From contig CAWJEN010000006.1 of assembly GCA_963841915.1 (NCBI GenBank), forward strand, positions 1,632,001 to 1,696,000: DNA of 64,000 nt. The letters run 5' to 3'. The position numbers and the translations under genes are program-made. Every line of letters starts with the position of its first letter. Within the stretch, counting starts at the first letter, position 1. The notes under the pieces are model-generated. The model did no database searches, had not been told where the DNA came from, and worked only from the letters and a program-made list of their open reading frames with translations. Below are positions 50,761-59,040 of this stretch, piece after piece. The DNA comes from an uncultured Planctomycetota bacterium (GTDB lineage: Bacteria; Planctomycetota; Phycisphaerae; Tepidisphaerales; Tepidisphaeraceae).

Positions 50761-51750
50761 ATGCCCGACCGCAAGCCGTTCCTTGATCTTGTCGCCGAAC
50801 GTGTCGTCGTCCTCGACGGAGCGATGGGCAGCGCGTTGCAGGAGATCGATCTCGATCTCGAGAAGGACTGGATGAACCAGGAGAATATGAGCGAGGTGCT
50901 CAACTTCACCCGGCCTGACGTTTTGATCGAGATTCACAAGTCGTTTCTGCAGGTCGGCTGTGACGCCGTCGAGAGCAACACGTTCGGCGGCAACCGCATT
51001 GTCATGGCCGAGGCCGAGATGGAGGACAAGGCCTACGAGGTGAGCAAGCTCGGGGCAGAAATTGCGCGCGATGCGTGTAACGCAGTCGAGACGCCAGACC
51101 GGCCGCGGTACGTCGTCGGCAGCGTCGGGCCAGGGACGAAGATCGCCTCGTTCGGCAATACGAATTGGGACACGATGGAGGCCAGCTACTACGAGAATGT
51201 CAAAGGCCTGCTCGACGGTGGCGTAGACGTCTTGCTGAGCGAGACGGCTCAGGATCTGCTGCAGATCAAGATCTTCCTCGCCGCGGTTCGGCGGGCAAGC
51301 GACGACGCAGGGCGAAAGGTGCCGACGATGGTGCAGGCAAGCTTTGACCTCAACAACGGGGCCAACATGCTCACCGGACCCGACCCTGAGACGTTCGCCG
51401 CCACGTTCCTGCCGTACCACGCCAGCGGCGAAATCGACGTCCTGGGCGTCAATTGCGCCTACGGCCCGCAGGAACTGGCCGACGCGGTCAACACCATCGC
51501 AAGCGTCTGGCCCGGCTACGTCAGCGTGCTACCGAACGCCGGCATGCCGGTGATGGTGGACGGCCGGAGTCACTTCCCGCTCCAACCCAATGACTTTGCC
51601 GCAGGCGTCATGCGGTTCGTCGACGAGACGGGCGTCGACATTGTCGGTGGCTGCTGTGGAACCAAGGTGCCGCACCTGCGGAGCCTAATAGAAGCCCTGG
51701 GCGAGCGGGGCCCGCTACGCGAAGCCGCCGCCGAGCTGGCGACGGCTTGA
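50761..51750 (+). CDS. Homocysteine S-methyltransferase domain protein (stand-alone N-terminal module of MetH)
   Basis: VLDGAMG, SNTFG, GSVGPG, GVNCAYGP, PNAG.P, GGCCGT; stops right after this domain. Confidence 0.9.
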   Translation: MPDRKPFLDLVAERVVVLDGAMGSALQEIDLDLEKDWMNQENMSEVLNFTRPDVLIEIHKSFLQVGCDAVESNTFGGNRIVMAEAEMEDKAYEVSKLGAEIARDACNAVETPDRPRYVVGSVGPGTKIASFGNTNWDTMEASYYENVKGLLDGGVDVLLSETAQDLLQIKIFLAAVRRASDDAGRKVPTMVQASFDLNNGANMLTGPDPETFAATFLPYHASGEIDVLGVNCAYGPQELADAVNTIASVWPGYVSVLPNAGMPVMVDGRSHFPLQPNDFAAGVMRFVDETGVDIVGGCCGTKVPHLRSLIEALGERGPLREAAAELATA

Positions 51751-52458
51751 TCAGACGCCGGTGAGTCGAATGGCAGCGCCGTCGAGCACCTGTCCACCGA
51801 TCAGCAGGAATCCGTCGGCGTTGATACCCTCGACGGTTCCGCACCAAGTGTGCTCCCGCTCGACCACCATCACGCGTTTGCCGTTCCAGGCACAGTGCTC
51901 GTGGTATTCGTCGCACACGCTGCGGAACCCGGCTGCGGCAACGGTTGGATATGCACTTAGACGCCTGCCGAGGGCCTCAAGTATGGTGCCGCGACCGACG
52001 CTGGTGATGCATGCAGTTTTGCGGTCCGGGACGGGCGGCGCGCTCCCGACATTAATCCCGACGCCGATGAGGTCGTGCCCGTTGCGCCGCTCGCACAGCA
52101 GGCCGCACAGCTTGCCTTCACCGATCAGCAGGTCGTTAGGCCACTTGATGATCGTCTCCGGCTCAGCCTCCGCTAACGCCCGCCGAACGAGCACCGCGAC
52201 GATGAGCGACATGTGCTGAGGCGGCATAGGCGTCGCGTCGAAGATGAACGTCGCCGTCAACCCACCTGAGCTGATCCACGACTTGCCGCGCGTGCCCCGG
52301 CCTTGTAATTGCTCGGCCGCGACGACAACGCCCGGAACAGCTTTGACCCACTGTGCCGCCTCGTCACTCGTGCTGGCCGTCGCGTAGTGGTATTCGACGG
52401 CGTAGCCGGGTAACCGGGCACGGCAAGTCGCTTCGGTCAGTGGTTCAGCGCACGGCAT
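51751..52458 (-). CDS. birA: Biotin--[acetyl-CoA carboxylase] ligase, no HTH
   Basis: AEQLQGRGTRGKSW, KWPNDL, KLCGLL, GVGINV. Confidence 0.92.
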   Translation of the reverse strand: MPCAEPLTEATCRARLPGYAVEYHYATASTSDEAAQWVKAVPGVVVAAEQLQGRGTRGKSWISSGGLTATFIFDATPMPPQHMSLIVAVLVRRALAEAEPETIIKWPNDLLIGEGKLCGLLCERRNGHDLIGVGINVGSAPPVPDRKTACITSVGRGTILEALGRRLSAYPTVAAAGFRSVCDEYHEHCAWNGKRVMVVEREHTWCGTVEGINADGFLLIGGQVLDGAAIRLTGV

Positions 52459-52601
52459 CTAATCGGACGTTTGTACAAGTCCTGGTGTTGGTGTGCCTGC
52501 CTTTGACACAGACGGCACAGAAGCGGTACGGTAGCCTTTCCTCCTCGCGTCAGGCCGCCAAGGGCCAGACCAACCCGCCGTCTCTAGCACGGGATCTTCT
52601 T

Positions 52602-52877
52602 ATGATTCAACTGCGTCTTCCACGCCTCGGCCGCCCGGCTCATTTTCTGCTCGCTGCCGCCTGCCTCGCGCCTGCCGCGTTCGTCGCCGGTGGTTGCGGC
52701 GGTGCCCGCGGCCCGGCAGCCGGTGAGTTCACCGCCACCCCGATCTTCTCCACGAAGGAGCGGTTCACCCGCATCGGTCGCAACATCGACATCGAGCTCA
52801 AGATGATGAACGATGACATCGACCGCGCCCTGCTCCTGCGGCCCGTCAGTGGCCTGACGGAGTGGAACGTCCCGTGA
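52602..52877 (+). CDS. Small hypothetical lipoprotein
   Basis: Signal with AGGC lipobox; GC3-rich codons; TTGACA-N18-TACGGT upstream (52503-52532). Confidence 0.7.
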   Translation: MIQLRLPRLGRPAHFLLAAACLAPAAFVAGGCGGARGPAAGEFTATPIFSTKERFTRIGRNIDIELKMMNDDIDRALLLRPVSGLTEWNVP

Positions 52878-52903
52878 TTCTCCGCGTGACATGTCATGCA
52901 TGA

Positions 52904-52955
52904 CGAGACGTGAGGCGCAGATTCGGACGATGTCCGAACTGCGCCTCACATCTCG
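52904..52955. terminator. Long (~24-bp stem) hairpin between convergent genes
   Basis: CGAGACGTGAGGCGCAG-A-TTCGGAC-GAT-GTCCGAA-CTGCGCCTCACATCTCG. Confidence 0.7.
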
Positions 52956-52972
52956 TTGCGCTCTACCTGTCG

Positions 52973-54304
52973 CTATTCGTTCGGGATGCCGTCAAGCAGT
53001 GTCGGCACGATCTCGGCCAGCACGGAAGCCGGAATGGCGTACGTCTCGACGCGTCCTGCGCGGGCGATGTTGATGCCGACTACGCGGCCCTCAAGGTCGA
53101 CCACCGGCCCGCCCATTTGGTTGGCTGCGAGCACCGTGTCGTGCTGAATGACCTCGGGGAAGTCGCCGCTCCGCCGGTTGCGGGTCGAACCGCCAAGGGC
53201 ATTCTGCAACCGTGCCCGAAAGCTTCGACCGCTGTCACCGAGCTGAGTCGACGTGACGATGGGGCGACCCTCACGAAGGAGCTTGAGCTCAACGCGGTCG
53301 CCGGCCCTGTAACTTGCGAGCCGTTGGATCAGCGACTCGCCGTTGAAAATGTTCTCGCCCTCGACCTGCGTGATGAGGTCCATCGGCCGAATGCCGGCCT
53401 CGTCGGCCGGGGAGCCGGGTTGCGTCGCCCGCACCACCACGCCCGCGACTGCCTCGCCGACGCTAATGCCGAGCTGGCCGTCGCGGAGTCGTACCGGCAG
53501 CTCAACGATTTGGCCTTGACGGTTGACGGTCAGCACGAACAGCTCGCTCGGTCGATCGAAGCGAAGGCGATTGGTGAAGTCCTGTCGAGTGCCGACTGGC
53601 ACGCCGTCGCGGGCGACGATGAGGTCGCCGACCTCGATGCCCGCCGCCGCCGCCGCACCACCACGCGGCACGCGGACGATCGGGATACCACCGGCCCCGC
53701 TGGCCTGCATTTCAATGCCGAGCTTCAAGCCCGTTTCGGCGACAGCTCGCGTGCCGGTCATGCTCACGTTGCCGACGGCAACGGGTGAGGCGACTTCGCC
53801 ACCCGGGCCGTCAGCGTCGGCGTCGGCAGACAGCAGCCATGCACCCGCGGCCGGAGTTGACCCGCCCATGAACGTCAACACGTCCAGCTTCAGCGAACTC
53901 GGTAGATCAAGTTTCACCGTCGCCAGATCGTGCACCGGGTCCCGCTCAACAATCCGCCCGGCCGCTCGCACTGGGACGTTGCCCGGGACGGGCACAAGGG
54001 CAGACACCGTTTCATCGATCTCGCTGGCCTTGGTCAGCACGATGCCGTCCACCGACACCACGACTGCAAGTGCCGCGGGCTGCAGATTGCCGTCCTCGTC
54101 GAGCACGTTGAGTTGCAGCGTCGAATCAGCAGCATCGTCTGCCACAGCCGCTAGAGCTCGACGCAGCATGGCGTTGTCTTTGCTGACTCCCTTATCAGGT
54201 GCCGGATCGCCCCAAGGCATCTGGGCGAGCGCGGGCGTGGCCGCGACGACGGCGGCAGAGACGGCGAGCAGGCAAAGTCGATGGAGCACGAATTTCTGAC
54301 GCAT
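52973..54304 (-). CDS. Secreted trypsin-fold pseudoprotease interrupted by two PDZ domains
   Basis: Signal peptide; VVVSVDGIVLTKASE; DLATVK; two PDZ domains; then IQHDTVLAANQMGGPVVDLEGRVVGINI. Confidence 0.82.
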   Translation of the reverse strand: MRQKFVLHRLCLLAVSAAVVAATPALAQMPWGDPAPDKGVSKDNAMLRRALAAVADDAADSTLQLNVLDEDGNLQPAALAVVVSVDGIVLTKASEIDETVSALVPVPGNVPVRAAGRIVERDPVHDLATVKLDLPSSLKLDVLTFMGGSTPAAGAWLLSADADADGPGGEVASPVAVGNVSMTGTRAVAETGLKLGIEMQASGAGGIPIVRVPRGGAAAAAGIEVGDLIVARDGVPVGTRQDFTNRLRFDRPSELFVLTVNRQGQIVELPVRLRDGQLGISVGEAVAGVVVRATQPGSPADEAGIRPMDLITQVEGENIFNGESLIQRLASYRAGDRVELKLLREGRPIVTSTQLGDSGRSFRARLQNALGGSTRNRRSGDFPEVIQHDTVLAANQMGGPVVDLEGRVVGINIARAGRVETYAIPASVLAEIVPTLLDGIPNE

Positions 54305-54333
54305 GGGTACTACTGCAGGAATGAACGGCGACA

Positions 54334-55905
54334 TCACGGGCGATTCTGCGACGGCAGTTCGCTTCGCTCGATGAGGGTGATCAAAACGGTGCGGGTCTGA
54401 TTCTGCTCATTGGTGAAGGTGACGGAGATGCCGTCTCCGCCTCGGAGCGGCCGCATGAGGCGGATGAGCTCATCCCACGAGTTGACGCGTACGCCGCGAA
54501 TACCGTTAATAATGTGTCCTGGACGAAGGCCGGCTTCCCAGGCGGGTCCTCGCTGATCGACATCGCGGATGGCGACGCCGGGGCCGCCGTTTGCCATCGG
54601 CGAGCTGATTCCGAGAACCCCGCTGAACTGCGGGCCGTCTTGCCGGTTGCCCGATGGATCACCTTGCGGTTCGCCCGGTGCCAAGTCGAACTCCAACGAC
54701 TCGCCGCGGCGGTCGACGACGTAAGTCAGCGTGATGCCTTGGCGGAAGAGCGAGCGGCGGAGCAGCAGATCGGCCTCTGTTTCGATGTCGAAGCTGCCGA
54801 CGCGGAGAATGCGGTCGCCTTCTTCGATGCCTGCCTCGGCGGCAGGACTGCCTTCGACAACGGCATAGACGGTTGCTCCAGGCCGACCGTCGTCTGCCTT
54901 GAAGTCACCACCGCCGGTGCCGTCGCCGCTGTCAGGCCGGCCTCCGAGCTCGAGCCGGATGCCGTCGTCGGCCAGGTCGGGCATCATCCACTGGGGCAGA
55001 TTGAAGCCGCCTTCGTCGACGCCGTCGGCCAGCTTGTCCCAGTTCGTGACGAATTGGTCGATCGGTGCATGGACATTGCGGGCCATCGAGTCACCGATGC
55101 GACTGTGGATGCCGATGACGCGGCCGTCGAGGTCGAAGAGCGGCCCACCCGAGTCTCCACCGACGAGCGTGTTGTCCGTCTGCAGTAGCTCCTCGGTCGC
55201 CGCATTGACGCGACCGACGCGTACGACCGGCGGGCGTCCGACCTGATAACCGCCGGGGTGACCGGTGGCGACGGTCCAGGTGCCAATCTCGATGTCACCG
55301 CTCGTCGACATGAAAGCGAACGGCAGCGGCTCGGGTGCGTTGTCGTCGTCGATGACGGCCATGCCGATATCGAGTGAGCTGATGCGCCCGAGCGTGATGC
55401 CGTTGAGCGTAGTGCCATCGCTGAGAATGAACTGGCAGCGTCGCCCCGGCTCCCCGCTGACGTGGCCAGCGGTGAGGACGATGCCGCTTTCGCTGACGAT
55501 GACGCCGCTGCCTTGCCCGCCGCCGACCTGCAGACCGACGGTCGCCGGGACTGCGGTCAGGGCAACGTCGAGCGTGCGGGCCTCGAGCTCGAGCAATTCC
55601 TCGACGGTTCGTGGTGTATTCAACGGCCGCTCGCCGGAGGGCTGCACGGCAGGCATCGCGTAAACAGCAGTCGGGCTCTCCTGCAGCATTGCCACGGCTG
55701 CGAACTGAGGCCCGACGCTGACCGAGGCAGACACCAGCATGAGCGCCGCCGCCATGGGGACAGCCAGCGCGACAAGGCCGGCCGCCGCTCGACGTAGGCC
55801 GCACGACTGCCTGATACGGCCGTCGTCGTGAATAATAACGGCCTGCCCGTCGCTGCCGTCGTCGAAGGCGTGCCGCTTGGCGGTGCTGAGTCGCTTGATC
55901 CGCAT
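54334..55905 (-). CDS. HtrA/trypsin-like serine protease with two PDZ domains
   Basis: GSGVIVS...LTAGH, LDIG, GGDSGGP catalytic triad; two C-terminal PDZ domains; start uncertain. Confidence 0.9.
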   Translation of the reverse strand: MRIKRLSTAKRHAFDDGSDGQAVIIHDDGRIRQSCGLRRAAAGLVALAVPMAAALMLVSASVSVGPQFAAVAMLQESPTAVYAMPAVQPSGERPLNTPRTVEELLELEARTLDVALTAVPATVGLQVGGGQGSGVIVSESGIVLTAGHVSGEPGRRCQFILSDGTTLNGITLGRISSLDIGMAVIDDDNAPEPLPFAFMSTSGDIEIGTWTVATGHPGGYQVGRPPVVRVGRVNAATEELLQTDNTLVGGDSGGPLFDLDGRVIGIHSRIGDSMARNVHAPIDQFVTNWDKLADGVDEGGFNLPQWMMPDLADDGIRLELGGRPDSGDGTGGGDFKADDGRPGATVYAVVEGSPAAEAGIEEGDRILRVGSFDIETEADLLLRRSLFRQGITLTYVVDRRGESLEFDLAPGEPQGDPSGNRQDGPQFSGVLGISSPMANGGPGVAIRDVDQRGPAWEAGLRPGHIINGIRGVRVNSWDELIRLMRPLRGGDGISVTFTNEQNQTRTVLITLIERSELPSQNRP

Positions 55906-55970
55906 GGTGTCACTATTACACACGAAACGGCCTCCGGGTTGCACGTCATAAACCGACGATCGATCTTCTG

Positions 55971-56006
55971 AACACCCAGCAGCCCTTCGGCGTATGTTTG
56001 GGTGTT
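55971..56006 (+). other. Intergenic stem-loop capped by a C(UUCG)G tetraloop
   Basis: AACACCCA...CTTCGG...TGGGTGTT: 8-bp perfect basal stem, imperfect upper stem. Confidence 0.5.
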
Positions 56007-56058
56007 GATGGTTGCCTCGTCTACTGCATCTAGTACCACCCGCATGTTGCCGCGAGGC

Positions 56059-57306
56059 GTGGTGACACGTGAAGACGTCAGCTTCGACCGCGTTCGAGTA
56101 AAGCTTGCAGTCCTCGCCGACGCGGCGAAATACGACGCGTCGTGCTCCTCCTCCGGCGTCACCCGCAAGGGCCGCGATGACGGCCTGGGCAGTGCCAACG
56201 GCACAGGCATCTGTCACAGCTACACACCCGACGGCCGATGTGTGTCGCTGCTGAAGATTCTGCTGACGAACTTCTGCATCTACGACTGCCAGTACTGCGT
56301 TAACCGCGTCAGCTCTGACGTCGATCGACAGCGGTTTAGCGTCGAGGAAGTGGTCCAGCTTTGCCTCGAGTTCTATCGCCGCAACTACATCGAGGGACTG
56401 TTCCTCAGTAGCGGCATCATCAAGAGCGTCGACTACACGATGGAGCAGCTCATCGAGGTCGCCCGGCGGCTTCGCATCGAGCACAAGTTCCGCGGCTACA
56501 TCCACCTCAAGGCAGTGCCCAAGGCGTCGCCCGAATTGATGGCTCAGGCCGGCTTATACGCCGACCGTCTGAGTGCGAACATCGAGCTGCCGACGGATGA
56601 CGACCTCAAGCAGCTTGCCCCGGAGAAAACGCTTCGCGACGCCGACGACACGATGGACGACATCAAGATCGGCATCGAGGAGTCGAAGCAGGAGCGTCGC
56701 AAGAGCCGCAACGCTCCCGTCTTTGCCCCGGCCGGGCAGAGCACGCAGATGATCGTCGGCGCCACGCCCACGCCGGACCGCGAGATCATCAAGACGGCTG
56801 GCGGGCTCTACGGCAAGCACAATCTTCGACGCGTCTACTACACCGCGTTCAGCCCGATCCCGTTCGGCGATGCCCGCTTGCCGCTAATCAGCCCGCCCCT
56901 TGTTCGCGAGCACCGGCTATATCAGAGCGACTGGCTGATGCGGTTCTACGGCTTCCGGGCCGACGAAATTACGACCGAGGAGCAGCCGACCCTCGATCTG
57001 GAGATCGACCCGAAGCTTTCCTGGGCCCTTCGCAATCGCCAGTGGTTTCCGGTCGATGTCAACCGGGCGAGCAAGAGTCGCTTGCTCCGCGTGCCGGGCT
57101 TTGGCAAGCGGACCGTCGACCGCATTCTCCGCGTCCGCCGGCACCACGCGGTGCGGACGGACGATCTGCGTCGCCTGAACGTCTCGATGAAGAAGACCGG
57201 CCCGTGGGTTATTACCGCCGACGCGAATCCGAAGACGCGTCTGCTCGACGATGCCGACCTTCGGCAGAAGGTCGCTCCCGTTGATCGGCAGCTCTCGCTC
57301 TTCTGA
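56059..57306 (+). CDS. Putative DNA modification/repair radical SAM protein (TIGR03916-like)
   Basis: LADAAKYDASCSSSG, GICHSYTPDGRCVSLLK, CIYDCQYC, REHRLYQ.DWL, C-terminal HhH LLRVPGFG; start may be 56044-56062. Confidence 0.93.
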   Translation: MVTREDVSFDRVRVKLAVLADAAKYDASCSSSGVTRKGRDDGLGSANGTGICHSYTPDGRCVSLLKILLTNFCIYDCQYCVNRVSSDVDRQRFSVEEVVQLCLEFYRRNYIEGLFLSSGIIKSVDYTMEQLIEVARRLRIEHKFRGYIHLKAVPKASPELMAQAGLYADRLSANIELPTDDDLKQLAPEKTLRDADDTMDDIKIGIEESKQERRKSRNAPVFAPAGQSTQMIVGATPTPDREIIKTAGGLYGKHNLRRVYYTAFSPIPFGDARLPLISPPLVREHRLYQSDWLMRFYGFRADEITTEEQPTLDLEIDPKLSWALRNRQWFPVDVNRASKSRLLRVPGFGKRTVDRILRVRRHHAVRTDDLRRLNVSMKKTGPWVITADANPKTRLLDDADLRQKVAPVDRQLSLF

Positions 57307-57318
57307 TATCGCGTGGCG

Positions 57319-58251
57319 TCAAACAGGCGACGGATGACTCGCAGTCGACGCTCGCTCGATGCGGTCCCGCACGCCGCTCCAAGACGGCTCATCGGGCGGA
57401 AGCTCGATGGCGATGACGGAAGCACCCGACTGCTCCGCGGTTCGCAACGCGTCGTAGAGCCGGCGTGCACATTGCGCCGGCTCATCGGGCATTCGGAGAT
57501 CCGCCTGTTCACAGGTGCCGATGACGAAGGCGTTTGACAAAGGAGTCTCGCCACGTTCGAAGCGAATGCAAGGCAGCGTCGGCGCGTAGTGCCGCGGGAG
57601 GCGGCCGGGGCTTTGTGCTGATCCGCTGTCACTGCCGCCGCGGACCTGCACATCGCCCAGCACAGCCGCAAGTTGCTGGTGCGTCACATGGCCGGGCCGG
57701 AGGACAGTCGGCGTGTCTTGGGCCAGGCTGACCACCGTCGACTCGATGCCGACGTCGCACGGTCCGCCGTCGAGGACATGCACGCTGTCGCCGAATTCGT
57801 CGCGGACGTGGTCGGCGGTCGTGGGTGAGACGTGCTCGCTCTTGTTAGCACTCGGCATGGCGAGGCCGATGATGCCGCTGGCGTGCAGGCCGCGGAGAAC
57901 CTCCAGCGTCAGCTCATGCCTCGGCACGCGGAGGGCGACCGTTGGGCCGCCGGCGGTGACGATGGCAGAAACACTCGGCCCCTTCGGCAGCACAATCGTC
58001 AGCGGGCCTGGCCAAAATGCCTTGGCCAGGCGGTCCGCCGCGTCGGGCCAGGTCGCCGTCACACGCCGGGCCGCCTCGGCATCAGCCACATGCACGATCA
58101 GCGGATTCGTACTTGGCCTGCCCTTGATCTCAAATACACGTCGGACGGCAGCCTCGTTACTTGCGTCGGCGGCGAGGCCATAGACCGTCTCCGTCGGCAG
58201 CGCCACCACGCCGCCGGCAGCAAGTCGTCCAACTGCTTCGCTTTCGTTCAT
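57319..58251 (-). CDS. sua5: L-threonylcarbamoyladenylate synthase (Sua5-type)
   Basis: PTETVYGL, KGRP..NPLIVH, WPGPLT, PSANKS, GIESTV, SPG...HYAP. Confidence 0.95.
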   Translation of the reverse strand: MNESEAVGRLAAGGVVALPTETVYGLAADASNEAAVRRVFEIKGRPSTNPLIVHVADAEAARRVTATWPDAADRLAKAFWPGPLTIVLPKGPSVSAIVTAGGPTVALRVPRHELTLEVLRGLHASGIIGLAMPSANKSEHVSPTTADHVRDEFGDSVHVLDGGPCDVGIESTVVSLAQDTPTVLRPGHVTHQQLAAVLGDVQVRGGSDSGSAQSPGRLPRHYAPTLPCIRFERGETPLSNAFVIGTCEQADLRMPDEPAQCARRLYDALRTAEQSGASVIAIELPPDEPSWSGVRDRIERASTASHPSPV

Positions 58252-58544
58252 CAGCCGACAAACCCTTGCTGCTGGATCCAGCCTTGGAGCCACTGCACCG
58301 TCGCCGTCGGGTCACTGCTGACGATGAAGACTTCCTGGACGGTGCCGCTGATGAGCCAGAGGCACTTGACGCCGGTGTCAGTCGCGTACTGAACCGTCAG
58401 CTTGGCCGGCCCTGTGCCACGGCGGCGAGTAATGCGGCCGGGAACGATGCGTGAAACGGCCGGGCCAAGTTTGATGATCGCGTCGCACGCGTCGTCGAGT
58501 CCTCGGACCCGGCCGTGTTCGCGTTTGACCCTGCCGTACTTCAC
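58251..58544 (-). CDS. DUF2103-like small basic protein
   Basis: H..V.GL...IVPGRI...L.VQY.T.TG.K...GTVQEVFIV; TGATG overlap with sua5. Confidence 0.7.
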   Translation of the reverse strand: MKYGRVKREHGRVRGLDDACDAIIKLGPAVSRIVPGRITRRRGTGPAKLTVQYATDTGVKCLWLISGTVQEVFIVSSDPTATVQWLQGWIQQQGFVG

Positions 58545-58566
58545 ACCAGCACGCTACGGTCCCGCT

Positions 58567-59037
58567 ATGAGCACCCTCAACGTTGGCGACACCGCACCTG
58601 ACTTCGAACTTATGACCGACGACGAGTCGACCGTGAAGCTCAGCGACCACGCTGGTCAAACCGTCGTCCTGCTGTTCTACCCGATGGACTTCAGCGGCGT
58701 CTGCACGGCAGAGCACTGCACGTTCGGCAAGGAACTTCCGTCCATCAAAGCCGCCGGTGACGATGTGAAGGTGTACGGCATCAATTGCGACCACCCGTTC
58801 AGCCACCAGGCGTTCAAGAAGCAGAACGACATTCCGTACCCGCTACTGAGCGACGTCACCCGCGAGACGGTCAAGGCCTACGGCATGTTCGCCGGTGAAA
58901 AACCCTTCAATTGCTCCAGCCGTGGCACCGTCGTCATCGGGCCGGATGGCAAGGTCGTCGCCCATGAGCCGGTCGAGATTTTGACCGAACGCAAGGTCGA
59001 GGACCTCATCGCGATGGTCAAGAAGGCGAGCGCCTGA
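58567..59037 (+). CDS. Peroxiredoxin (AhpC/TSA family)
   Basis: VGDTAPDF, FYPMDFSGVCTAEHC, YPLLSD, RGTVVIG. Confidence 0.92.
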   Translation: MSTLNVGDTAPDFELMTDDESTVKLSDHAGQTVVLLFYPMDFSGVCTAEHCTFGKELPSIKAAGDDVKVYGINCDHPFSHQAFKKQNDIPYPLLSDVTRETVKAYGMFAGEKPFNCSSRGTVVIGPDGKVVAHEPVEILTERKVEDLIAMVKKASA

Positions 59038-59040
59038 GCC

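Noticed and set aside
55906..56505. N-terminal extension of the 723-aa protease ORF
   Set aside because: It overlaps the radical SAM gene on the other strand; the true start is at or after 55905.
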